Below are positions 12,655 through 25,360 of a stretch of 64,000 bases of DNA, piece after piece. How positions within the stretch are numbered: position 1 is the first letter of the stretch; each line of letters starts with the position of its first letter. Origin of the DNA: Phoronis australis (Eukaryota; Animalia; Phoronida); the NCBI GenBank assembly GCA_002633005.1, contig NMRA01000229.1, positions 231,371 to 295,370 on the forward strand, read 5' to 3'. The notes under the pieces are model-generated. The model made no database searches. It was not told where the DNA came from and saw only the letters and a program-made list of their open reading frames with translations. The translations under genes and the position numbers were made by a program.

Positions 12655-15600
12655 AATATGACAGTAAACGGTCACTAAAATTAGCTAGGAAAAGTGGTCT
12701 GTGCATTTTCTCCCCTGTATAGAACAAAGCCGTCAAATTTGAGTAAATGACAAATAATTATTTGCAGTATACATTGGTTATTCCAGACACCAAAGTACAT
12801 CTTTCAATCTATTTTGTAAGTTGCTTCTTTCCGTTGTTGAAAACATGGAATTTTGGAGATGGCTAATATGACCAATTGCGGTCTATTGCTCCAGCGGCGA
12901 AATTAGGGGGCATTGAGTGCACAAAGTTTGGCTTTTGGATTTTTGTTAGGATATCTATCCATGTACAAGAAATGAAGTTGTTTTGAATTTTGACGTATAG
13001 ACTGATTTTTGAAAATCTACTGGTTTTTGTGTACACTGCTTCTTAATCCAGGTACCTATGCGAAATTTTACAGTAACAGTTTTCTGATAGAAAAGAATGG
13101 GCAAACAACTAATTTGTAGCTTTGAAATAGCTTTTTTACATTGGTTGCAGTTTATGACTCAAGAAATGACCTCATTTCTTCCTACAGTAAAATTAATGGC
13201 GCTGATACAAGGATGTGCGTCACCATAAACAAGAAACACGGGGTCACATTTTTAGGATTGTTATGGTACTAAAGAATGTTCACTGTGTGGTAAATGACAA
13301 AGATCACAACTAAAGTCGATATTGTTTGGAGCACTTAATGTATTGTTGTCAACATTCGAGAATTACAAAACTGGATTGAAAAGCGGGACACACGGATGAA
13401 GAGCTGGACATCTGTATCTATGCTAAAACGTAACCGTGAACTTTTCGCTGCATCACCAAAAAATCCCGACATCGCTTTTTGTCATAACACCCAGAAGCAG
13501 ACGACGGCATTGTGTCACGTATTTTAGTCGAATAGGAAGTCGCAGGCACCGCAAAAACTCATGAATTTCCCTTTTTTCTTTTAGTCGAACGGGAAAATAT
13601 TGTTATGTCGCGTGGGACATCACAGTAGTACACGTATGTCATAATATGTCAATTTTGCCGTGTGTCGAAAACAGGGACATTTTCATAGCGTTAAAATGTC
13701 ACTGGAAAAATTTCAAGAAGTGGGCCAGTCCGCCGGAAGTGGGACAGTTGGAGGGTACGCTCTCGGTAACATAAAATATTTGAATCTTTAACAAAGTATT
13801 TTTTTATTTTTTGTACTCCCGAATATAGGTAACTACATGCACTGATATTATAGAAAAAATACAAATCAGTAATGATATATACATGCATATGCATTCACAT
13901 ACACAGTACACTTAGCTATGCAAATAAACACGACACGACTAGTTTGTCGTAAATCGAGTTTAAAAAATAATTGCTGGGCGCTCAGGTGGACGGCTCAAAT
14001 TTTGTGAAATTTTGTTATCCGTGCACATGCCTTATTAGACATTTTCATTGAAAAAATGGATTTCTGAAAACTCCGTCGAGTCAACCGCAGGCAAAAGTAC
14101 ATGTAGATGTATTCAACATAAAGTATCAGACGGAAGATTACGGTGTCAACGTTTTAGTCATTANCAGGAAGCTTTCCTAAGCTTCTTTAGGCTCTGACAA
14201 CACAATTTTGTGCTGTTTGATAAACCTTGAATTATACAGGCATCACACTCCATGGGAGCAGCCATATTGAAGTAACTAAGCACAACAATACAATCTGGCT
14301 CTCTGATTGGTCAATTCAATAGAAAAGCGCCATCAAGTGGCAGGAATGTGCATCATATTTTGTGCAACAAAAACACCTTTTTTTAAAAAAATGTGCAAGT
14401 GTAGACGTGGGAACTTTTTGGAATTTGATTTATAGGTATATTATCTAGCCACATAGAAAAAACTAGGTTGCCCCCCAAAGTACTCACAAGGATGAACGCT
14501 ACGAGATCTGGCCCACCGACTAATATGACAGTAAACGGTCACTAAAATTACATGTAACTAGGAAATTTAGTCTGTGCATTTTCTCCCCTGTATAGAATAA
14601 AGCCGTCAAATTTGAGTAAATGACAAATAATTATTTGCTGTATATATTGGTTGTTCCAGACACCAAAGTACAACTTTCAATCTATTTTGTAAGTTGCTTC
14701 TTGTCGTTGCTGAAACCATGGAATTGTGGAGACGGGTAATATGACCAATTGCGGTCTAGTTCTCCAGCGGCGAAATTAGGGGGCATTGAGTGCACAAAAT
14801 TTGGCATTTGAATTTTTGTTAGGATATCTATACATGTACAAGAGATGAAGTTGTTTCGAATTTTGACGTATAGACTGATTTTAGAAAAACCTACTGTTTT
14901 TTGTGTACAATGCTTCTTAATCCAGCTACCTATGCGAAATTTTGCAGGAAGAGTTTTCTGATAGAAAAGAATGGGCAAACATCTAATTTGTAGCTTTGAA
15001 ATATTTTTTTACATTGGCTGCAGTTTAGGACCTCATTTCTTCCCACAGTAAAATTAATGGCGCTGATACAAGGATGTGCGTCACCGTAAACATGAAACAC
15101 CGGAACACATTTTTAGGATTGTTATGGTCCTAAAGAATGTTCACTGTGTGGGAAATGACAATGATCATAACTAAAGTCGATATTGTTTGGAACACTTGTT
15201 ATTGTTGTCAACGTTCCAGAATGACAAAACTGGATTGAAAAGCGGGACACACGGATGAAAAGCTGGACACCTGTACATGTATCTATGCCAAAACGTAACA
15301 GTGAACTGTTCGCTCCATCACCAAAAAATCCCGACATCGCTTTTTGTCATAACACCCAGAAGCAGACGACGGCATTGTGTCACGTATTTTAGTCGAATAG
15401 GTAGTCGCAGGTACCGCAAAATCCCACGAATTTCCCGTTTTCCTTTTTAGTCGAACGGGACAATATGGTTATGTCGCGTGGGACATCACAATAGTACACA
15501 TATGTCATAATATAACGTTAAAATGTCACTGGAAAAATTTCAAGAAGTGGGTCAGGCCGCCAGAAGTGGGACAGTTGGAGCGCTCTCGGTAACATAACAT

Positions 15601-15692
15601 TTGAATCTTTAACAAAGTATTTCTTATTTTTTGTACTCCCGAATTTAGGTAACTACATGTACTAATATTATAGAAACAATACAAATCAGTAA

Positions 15693-15789
<97 letters not shown>

Positions 15790-16069
15790 TGCATATACAT
15801 ACACATACACAGTACACATAGCTATGCAAATAAACACGACACGACTAGTTTGTCGTAAATCGAGTTTAAAAAATAATTGCTGGGCGCTCAGGTGGAGGGC
15901 TCAAATTTTGTGAAATTTTGTTATCCGTGCACATGCCTTATTAGACATTTTCATTGAAAAAATGGATTTCTGAAACCTCCGTCGAGTCAACCGCAGGCAA
16001 AAGTACATGTAGATGTATTCAACATAAAGTATCAGACGGAAGATTACGGTGTCAACGTTTTAGTCATTA
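12655..16069 (+). repeat. ~1.5 kb tandem duplication (12655-14163 and 14522-16069)
   Basis: Both copies start aatatgacagtaaacggtcactaaaa and end gtcaacgttttagtcatta. N at 14164. Copy 2 has an expanded (TA)n. Confidence 0.95.
15695..15790. repeat. (TA)n microsatellite followed by (CA)n
   Basis: Direct reading. Confidence 0.97.
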
Positions 16070-16518
16070 ATGTGATACATGTATGAGGAGTTTCAGGGTG
16101 AGTCACAGGCTGGTCGACCGACCCTCTCCGCTGTGTAAACGCAATGCACGACAAAACGAAGATCGAAGTATACTGAATTGACAGTGACAACTTATTCGCA
16201 CTGACCTGTGTGCCCAGTCTACACCGTTGGTTGTACTGTATGATGACTTGATACCAGATATTTCCCACACCATGCTGATTCATTGGTTAAATTAGCTTTT
16301 GTTATGCCAATTTTGAGTAGATAATCACCTCATACAGTACATAATGCGAATCGTTTATCCGTAGGCTCACATGCAAAATAACGATTTTTTCTCAAAACTA
16401 CTGGCTTATGTGAAACATGTCAAGGCCGCATTTCAAAGCAACATACATGTATACATGAACATGTACGTACGACAATCAAAGTGGACATTTTCCACTTAAG
16501 TCAACGATAAGTAAAAAA

Positions 16519-16730
16519 TTTCCTTTCTCTCCCTCCTTCCCCATGCCGTTACTTCCTTTCTCCCTCCCTCCGACCCCTCTCCCTTCTTTATCTCTTCCTC
16601 CCTCCCCCTCCCTCTCTCCTACCTCACGTCATTCCCTTTTCCGTGCCTCTTCCCTCCGACCCTTCATCTCTCTTTCACCTTCCATTTTCCACAGTTTGCC
16701 CTATCTTATTCGTCCCTTTTTCCTTCCTCA
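16519..16730. repeat. C/T-rich low-complexity (polypyrimidine) tract
   Basis: Direct reading. Confidence 0.85.
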
Positions 16731-17130
16731 GATATTTATAGAAGTCACGATATCTGTACACCTTTCATTTCACCGATTTGGATAAAAATTACGGATATTT
16801 AAGTGATAAATGGTCGTCTTTCAATCCGGTTGGTAGAACACAACTTATTCAATTTCCATCGAGATGAGATGTAAGAAGCATTTATCATTATTATAAGGAA
16901 TTTATTAACCACACGACAATCTTTGAGATCTATTTATTTGATTCCAGATATTTGACGACATAATTCTAAAACTCTCCTAACACATGAAATAGTGAAAAAG
17001 CTCATCGATAAAGACACCATCACAACACTACACATGTACATTACAATCAAAGATTGGAAGACAGGCATTTATTGGAAGACACAAACTCAATATTGGACTC
17101 CCTATCGTTACAACACATCTGGACATTGTT

Positions 17131-17363
17131 CTAAGCAACACTTAAGATGTATAGCAGCCACAAGAATCCAAGAATATTTGCGCCTGCCCTATGTGTACTT
17201 CCTGTACTAAAGTTGCATTTGTTCGTTTCGCAGCATTCCAGGCAGGACCAACTGTCAAGTGTCTTGTCGCAAAACGCCCCCAAACCAAGAGCAGCGTGCG
17301 ACACGTCCTCTAGCTTACAAGGACCAATTGCACAACGCTTAGTGATAAGAAGGCCTTTGCCAG
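17131..17363 (-). CDS. Ly6 paralog coding exon 3 (CCxxxxCN plus GPI tail)
   Basis: ccttttccttttcag| acceptor, ITKRC...CLECCETNKCN, hydrophobic C-terminus, TAG. Confidence 0.92.
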
Positions 17364-20300
17364 CTGAAAAGGAAAAGGGAGATAATTGTCATTTTGCGAA
17401 TGTTGAAGAGATCGTATTGTCGTAGCGCCAGCCTCTTCTGCTCACACGCCATCATTTGCCCTTTGCCGATTACACGTCCATCGGTAACAAGATGACGTGA
17501 ACGATTACATACGTACTGTAAGAACATTGCATCGATGTGAAGAAAAGCACTTGCAAACTCGATTCATTGTAAAGTTAGCAAAGTATTTATATTATTCATT
17601 TATGGGTACAAGGGGTGTTTTTCATGGCAAAACATCGGTGACATTTTTGCTAAAAGTTGGCTACCAATTGTGTTTTTAAAGGGTTTGGGTAAAACGTAAG
17701 CCAACAACAGGACTGTGCTTGTGATTTGAGAAACACTGGTGCGTGCTAAACTGATTAGAATTGCTCCTAAAACAAATAATGCCAAATGTGGACGTTTAAT
17801 TTTCTTTTGTGGTGGTTCGCCCAGTTTTTTATGCGGTTGAAATTTGTCTTAACATTTGGTTATAATTTTAGAACAAAATTGTCATAGTTGTTATTAAACA
17901 ATCCCTATGCTCTTTTGCAGGCATTCTTGACTAGCTAAAAATAAAAAGTAAGTGAATTCTAACGCAAATCGCCGTTATTAAAACGCGTTGTCAAACAATG
18001 TCATTTCATCACAAAATAAAGTTTATTCTAACCTATATTTCACAGATTAAATCCTCAGCAATTCGATATTTTCCAGATACCTGGAAACACCACGAGAAAT
18101 ACTGTGATGCGTGTTTCGCGTTGAAGCATATTTTCTGCAGTCTGACTTTCCATAACCTAGTATAAAATAAAGTACTTAGGTAACTTGGAATAAGCCGTTT
18201 TAACTGTACTAACAGCCTAAGAGCCACAAGTTTCTCACTCAGGTACCAGCGGCAGATCAACAATTTACAACTACAATAAGCACCACAAATGGGCGGGGTT
18301 GTCAGCCGGTCTGTGATTGGCGAATGTTTTTGTTTAAAGCGCCATCTACAGCACAACATAAATGCCAGCTTAAACGAGAATGTGGAAAGTTCGCACGTGC
18401 AAATTTTTAAAGTATGAAATTAGAAGCGAATTATTAAGCCGTGCAAAAACAGTACATATCAAGGTTAAATTGCTCACGAAATTTTCTCCAACAGCTCAAA
18501 ACTTACATGTGCTGACTGCAAAGGGCGGCACGAAAAAAATAAACCCAGGCAGCCGGGTTCGACTCGCTCGTTACCTGCGTGTCGCTAAGTAGTAGAACAC
18601 ACGCATTTATCAATTAATTTTCCTTGGGAATTTTTTTACATCGGCGTTTCTGATTGGATGGTAGAATTCTCAACCTGTAGCGCTTTACGCAAACAAACTG
18701 GCATGACTGATGGAGGAAGTGTAAAATTTAATGTGGTCTGTTGTACAGACAAATCGTTGCTTAATTCATGTTCAAGAAATGCGAATCCCAGAAAATTGTG
18801 GTTGAGCTTTTCCGGAGTGCACTTTTCTACTGTCGCTGACTTTTGTTGACGTTGCTGTCCTGTATTCTTACAGTATGAATAACACACCGGTTTAATCGGT
18901 CAGATGCGTGTTTATTGTACTGTACATGTTTGTGCTTCAATCACGCGACTATTACACATTACTGCAGAAACGAAATAGTTGCTGTTACGCCACTTGTATA
19001 ACAAGCCTAAAAATCGTTCATAATACGCCATTTTCTGTCTTAGTTGTAATGCTAACCAATGACTGCCGAGGTTACATCAACCAGTGTTAAAGCGCGTGCT
19101 ACGGAAAGATACCTGCGATTTAACTTCACGCCGGGAACCTGCGAACTGGCTTCGAAATAAACCATACCCAATCAGCAGCGTGCCACTAGCAAAATCACAT
19201 CTAACCTACAATACTTAGTCGAAAGGGAAACAGGCCAGTCATGCTCTTGGTAATTATTAAACCAACATCTCCCTTGCTGGGCTAGGTCGCACAAAACTTC
19301 ACGGTGGATACGTTTGATTGTTGGATGCCGTCAGATGCATTGTTCAACAAGACTAACCTGGCACGTGATAATGCAACGTCATGCTTGCTATGCAGCGTAT
19401 AACTTTCATGCAACCGGGCCCAGAAAAATTACATATAATGGAATCTCTGTATTATTTCAATCATCCTCAGCTGAATGCGAGATGAGACATAATCGATTAA
19501 CAACCTAACGTTACCAAGACTTGTGCCAATAAAATTCCGTGTGCTTGAGCTCCAGATATCAAAACTGAGTAGAAGTGACATGAAGTTAGTATAAAACTGT
19601 CCTAACCTTCGTAGGCCAAGTCTGTTTCGCATGTGTCGTAGCGCTTCTCACGGTCTGTGTATCCACAGTCTTTAACGTGTTCTGGTTTACTGCACATTGT
19701 GTTATTTGGAGCGTTATCGCAAACGTAGCACTTAATTCCGCCTGAAAAAAACATGCATGTCTCTGGTCAGAACCGATGACCAGAGTTCATTTTAAGAAGT
19801 TGACAAATTACAACACGAACAACATTTTAAATTGATTTTCCAGTCAATTAGAAACCGTGGCGTAGACTTATACCGACTTGAGCGATATACTCACGCAATG
19901 ATGTCAAATACCAGTGGAGTGAATAGCGGAAATCCGTTTTTTATCCTCATTTGATTAAAAAATGAAGTCATGTCGATGAATCTTTGACCTGAATATTTCC
20001 CGTCTCTAGATGCAATCATATTACAGCTAAAAGCAAACATGACGGTGCGTTCATTGAGGATATACAAAATGTTCAGTACAAGAATCTCCAAATACCTGAT
20101 TAAACTACTTCTTTGGGCTCTGCACATACATATTGAGGACTTGAGCCTCTTAGCCCGGAACTCCCCGTCATGACGGCTGGGCGGAAGCTCCCTGACAAGG
20201 AATTCGGGTGGAATTCCTTGGCAGAGTAGGAAGAGGAAATAACAGGAAGGTGATTTAGGGCCCTAAACATGTCCAATTAAGGAAAAACGCACATCAGAAT

Positions 20301-23300
20301 TCAAATGGAACTTTCAGATACCATGCTCTTCACACTGCTTAGCTACAAAACGCTGTTAGGAATTGCTTTTCAAATATTCCAGTGTGAGAGGCTACAAAAC
20401 TATAACTTGTATCATTTTCGTGAAAACACTGTTAAAGTTGCATAAAAAGAGTTTTTGAGATTTTATCTTCGGCATTCATTTCATACAAAATTAAGTCGTG
20501 TTATCGATCCCGTTTAAGTAGAATGTACATTCTATTTTTTCTAAATTTTCCTAAAACGCAAGGTCACGTGACCAAACTAGTCCCGGATTAATACTAAAAC
20601 AAAAATAAAATTCTCTGGAACGTTTTATATTCAGAAATTCCACACTTTGCTCAGTTAAACGCTACAAGTATAGTTGTTTAGGTATTGGGCTAAACGTACA
20701 GACTTGTCGATAAAATCCTGCATGAACCTTAAAATGGCTAGGCTATTTAGATTTAGAATTGTCCGCCATGGCATTTACTACCAGTTTTGTGATGGAATTT
20801 TGCACCCGTTCCAAACGCCGTAACACCATTCAAGAGTCTATTAAATGCAAGCCGTTACATGCTTGTAGCTCACTGTAATACATGTATATCAGTACAATAC
20901 ATTATACATCGTAACACTCTTCAACGAGTCCTACTTGAGTGTTACAGTGCGCTCCAGGATCAAGTCGATATTTACTCTTCTTGCCAAGATTTTGGCTTAT
21001 ATTCCGCTTCGAGACTTGTGGCAATCTGTATTTTGGGCCGAATTTACAAAGTGGCAACCACAGATGAAAGTACCGCTATCCCAAAACTCTTAGGTCTCGC
21101 AATTTCACACTTGCTCTCGTTCCTCAAGGAAAAGGTCGTCTCATTCTGTGCTTGTTGAAGAGTGCTACAGTGCATAATGTATTGTAGTAATATATTACAG
21201 TGAGCTGCAAGCATGTAACGGCTTGCATTTAATAGGCTCTTGAATGGTGTTACGGCGTTTGGAACGGGTGGATTTTGAATGATTATTTTCTGCTAATATT
21301 GTAGACGACACCATCTTTTGAAGACTAGTGAAAAGAGGCATCAGCAGCATACCGGCAGCGATAGTGTCAGGATGACCAATAAACGACATGCTGTGACTGG
21401 GCGTAACGTGACAACAGGATGCACGATGCATGTCGGCAGCGATAGTGTGAAGATGACCAAGAAACATCATGCTGTGACTGGGTGCAAGGTGACGGCAGGA
21501 TACACGATGCATGCGGGCAACAATACATGTAGTATGAGGATGACCAGCAAACGCTATGCTATGACTGAGTGTAAGGTGAAAACAGGATGCACAGTGCATG
21601 CGGGCAGCAATAGTGTGAAGATGACCAATAAACAGCATGGGGTGACTGGGTGTAAGGTGAAGACAGGATGCACGGTACATACCAGTAGCGATAATGTGAG
21701 AATGACTAATAAACAGCATGCTGTGACTAGGTGTGAAGTGACGCCAACATACATGTACATGGTGCATATCGGCAACGATAGTGTGAGGATTATCTGAATA
21801 AACATCCTGCTGTGACTGGGTGTAAGGTGGCGACATGATGCACGGTACATAAATAAAATAACAAATGAATAAATAAATAAATAAATAACGTAATTAATTA
21901 ATTAATTAATTAATTCAGGGGCGGATCCAGGATTTTGATTTAGGGATTGCCGGGGGAGTGTACTAGCCGGAATTTTGCCTGTCAAGCACATGATGTATTT
22001 CCAGCGCATTTAAAAATGATCGAAGAGTGAACCTTAACAGGGAGGACTCGGAGTACAGTGCTACATGTATATCTACACTATTTTGTCCCGGAGATGCTTG
22101 TAGGGAAACGTGGTGTTTTGAGTGGGCGCCTTTTAGAATGTTAGCTACTTTTTCATAGGTGATTTTGGAAACCTTGAAATCGATTAACGTTCAAGAATCA
22201 GTCTCTTAGTTTCAAGGGCAATTTTCCGTGAATCATTTGTCTCGGACCCAAAGAAGCTACATTGCAGGTTATGACAGTTTCTGGAATCAGGAAAGATATG
22301 TGTGGTCCACCAAGAGAGTATTAGCAGTTTCGATATCTAATGACACGGAAAAGCTTAAACATATCTGTGACTTGGTGGACAGTGTACGAAAATCATGGAG
22401 CTTGGAACGTGCATAATGAAAACTTGAAGTCGCGTTTGAACGGCGAGGGGCCTCACGAGTTGAAGTCGCCATATATAAGCTCATGTTGCCATTGGCGAGA
22501 TGCATGTTATCTTTCAGCTGAAGTCGTTAAGCAGTTGCGACCAGCTTTAAATTGACAGACAATTTAGTATAACGTCAATTTCATGATTGGTTTTGATATA
22601 TATGCTCGATAAAATTCAAGTGGGGACTAGTCCCGGGAGCACGAGCGGTAGATACATTATACAACGCTATACAGGTAGACGCAGATTACTAATATCCAAT
22701 GCAACTACCCAGTGGGTCAAGATATAACGGCATACATTCCTCCATTTTATTCAGTTCCAGCATTCATGGTCTTCACACCCTTAACAGGACACTAGGTACT
22801 GTTTTTTCCTATTATCAGAGGTTGCCAACAACTTCCTATCTAGCACTCCGTAACATAAATGCATGTACTCTATTACACTCGTCAACCTTCAACAGTCTTG
22901 AGCAAACTTTGAAAACTCTTAAGCCAATCTGCTAATCAAGTAGGCGTGGCATAAGCTTTAGACGAATTACGCGACAACCCATCCAGAACCATAACACCCA
23001 TTCAATTACAATTTGAGGAACCTTCCGCAATCCTAGTTTCTTGCTAGAAAAGCAAAATCTCGGGAGAATCTGGGAGATATAACCGTGCATTCTCAATGAG
23101 AGCACGAGGTTTTGGTTAGGTTTTTCTCGCCTCGAGACAATTATTGAACTCTACCCTGCTTTTAACGCACTTGAAACAAGCGCTAATGGTGCATCAGCGA
23201 CTAGAACGGTAATTGGTCGAAATATCCCAAAGAGAGTTAAACTCTCTTTTGGATATTTCAGCCAACTCTTGTTACACCCGTGTGTACGTGAGTATAAACG

Positions 23301-25360
23301 TCTTAATCATTAGTGTTCGGTTTAGGTCTGAGTTTCTACACCATACACGTTCAGAGGTTGTTTTCAACCAAAATTCTCCTTTAAGAAACAAAACGTTTGA
23401 ATTGTTTCGCGTGGTCTTTCATCGTGAAATTTTAAAAACAATTGACCATGAGACGTAAATTTCATGATGTATTTGAAGAAAACGTAATCAAGGTCAGTAT
23501 TTTATTCACATTACAATTCACTGCCACCTGAAAACATCGAATAGAAAAATCCCCAGCTAAAAGCCAAAATTGTTTTGATCTTTACAAGCCAGTGTTCGCT
23601 AATACACAACTAAGCAAGACTGAAAAAAAAAATAATTAGCAGCAGCTCTAAATAATTTATGACTAGTCCCTTATTTGATTATCGAGCTCCCGAGGAGTGA
23701 TTTGAAGTCTGAGGTTGAGATTTTATCGTTAGAGCAAAATTTCGATGAGGTTGGCGAGTTGTTTAATGTACACGCGGTGTTCTCGGTGACTGACTGATGA
23801 AGCTGGAGAAAAACTCGGGAGGTTTTTGCTACAGGGTGGGTCCGTTGCGGCTGATGCTGCTTGTTGTACAGTCTGCGTACGTCAGGTTTTCCTAATTGTT
23901 TACACCCCAGTCGTTGTCGCTTCAAGAAATCACACCCGATGATCGCGGGCAAAACGACTCCGTTTCACTGAACAGAGGAGTTGATATTCATGTTAGTACT
24001 ATTGTTGGCTGTCGTAATTCGACATTCTGATGTAGTCACCTTGATTGGCAGCCAATTTCCTACCGTGTTGTAGGCCTGTAACAAGTACATGTATTTCGTC
24101 ACAAAACGGGTGTGAAAAACATAACGGCTTTAATTCTCCTTTTTTTCGTATACGGAAGCGCAAGATAAGGCTGTAGACTCCACGTTCATCGATTTACCGT
24201 TTACAGATAGCATCTAGTACATATAAGGGAGGTCCCTTTCCTTACAGGCGATGTAAAAAGGAACAACTCCGGATCGCCGTTTTCTAGCGCTATTGAAAAA
24301 GTAATTTCTGTGGTAATTGCTATTGGGCGCCCTCTCTCGACACTCCAGATCTGCTGCTTGTAAGACTTCAGATACTTGAAAAGAGCGCATATGTTGAGAT
24401 ATGTACATGTACATGATTGTTACCGGGGGTCACGTGGTCGCAAAAGATGCCAGTTTCCAGCATTCGCATTCATTTTAAGCGTTACTGAACTCTACGCTGG
24501 TTGAGCCAATCTCATCCGAGCTTCCTCGGTTATTTTAGTAGCATCTAACTATTTCGGATGCGTTTTAGGGGCCTACGTCTGCACATGTGCAAATTTTAAA
24601 CACAACACCACAAGGAGAGTGTCTAATAAAGGCGACTGAAAATTATAGGTCATCTTAGCAGGTATAAAAAGATCACCATTTAAAATCCCGGCAGAGAAAT
24701 TTTGGTTTGGGCCTATGAAGTTCACTCATGCTCAGATACGAAACACCTCTAAGCCCATTATCAACCCTCGCTAATTTTTGCTGCACTCAACTTTCCCCTG
24801 AGAGGCGAACGTTATGCGCTCATGTGCGATATTCGGTCACCTGTTTGAGAGTTACGCAACTTGCTTCATGACCGAAGTCTACACGAGCAAAGATAACATT
24901 CACATCCAAAGGATAATTTGAGGCTACAAAAATACTCGAGGAGATTCGGATGCTCCTAGTTATAAAATCAGCAGGTTACGAACGAGTTTGGCGAAGCTTA
25001 GTTCATTACACGAGAGATTCATCCCAATTCTTTGTGAAATCCTCATTTTGTGCCTAACCCCAGGAGAATTCATTGACGTCTGCATGTAAGCACGCGTTCA
25101 GTTAAATCAAGAAGTAAGCTAAGCCTCTCAGAGTTAAAATTGCGATAAACCCATGAAAGTTCCCTAATGCTCAACCAGCACTATGGATATTAGTCTAGCT
25201 AGGTCGACATACATGTAGATATTTCTTGCAGACATTTTATGAGGAACTGTCCTTCGTTAATCTGTCTATGTCTACTCTTTTTTGCATAAAGACAATACAT
25301 ACCTACAATTATTACCATTGATGAAAAGATAATACAAACGCCAACTAAATTCTGAGCCAT
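17131..25360 (-). CDS. Second Ly6/uPAR three-finger GPI-anchored protein (12-Cys, bou-type spacing), 3 coding exons, 141 aa
   Basis: Exons 25360-25303 (MAQNLVGVCIIFSSMVIIV, G|gtatgt), 19741-19607 (GIKCYVCDNAPNNTMCSKPEHVKDCGYTDREKRYDTCETDLAYE) and 17363-17131 (GKGLLITKRCAIGPCKLEDVSHAALGLGAFCDKTLDSWSCLECCETNKCNFSTGSTHRAGANILGFLWLLYILSVA*). GT-AG introns, both phase 1, total 426 nt with no internal stop. Candidate AATAAA on the minus strand at 16901-16906. Confidence 0.88.
19607..19741 (-). CDS. Ly6 paralog coding exon 2
   Basis: tttttttcag| acceptor, |gttagg donor, IKCYVC start typical of Ly6 domains, 5 Cys. Confidence 0.9.
20804..21270. mobile_element. MITE-like inverted repeat with ~120 bp arms
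   Basis: cacccgttccaaacgccgtaacaccattcaagag...cactcttcaac (20804-20927) is the reverse complement of 21152-21270. Confidence 0.8.
21340..21850. repeat. 81-bp minisatellite, about 6 units
   Basis: Unit is atgaccaataaacagcatgctgtgactgggtgtaaggtgacaacaggatgcacg...gatagtgtgaag, starting at 21372, 21453 and onward. The ORF track shows a 27-aa periodicity. Confidence 0.92.
25303..25360 (-). CDS. Ly6 paralog coding exon 1 (signal peptide)
   Basis: aagATGG start context, hydrophobic 19 aa, phase-1 donor gtatgt. The link to exon 2 across a 5.6 kb intron is inferred from phase and content. Confidence 0.7.

Noticed and set aside
15526-15913. ORFs with YIYIYI runs
   Set aside because: Translation of the (TA)n microsatellite.
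16543-16785. Pro/Ser/Leu-rich ORF
   Set aside because: Translation of a polypyrimidine low-complexity tract.
17921-17947. Plus-strand mini-exon (ttttgcag|27 nt|gtaagt) antisense to the Ly6 paralog
   Set aside because: Stops in all three frames and no partner exons identified; cannot be supported without RNA data.
21340-21850. Regular repeats resembling a CRISPR array
   Set aside because: Units are contiguous 81-bp tandem repeats with no unique spacers, there are no cas genes, and the context is eukaryotic.
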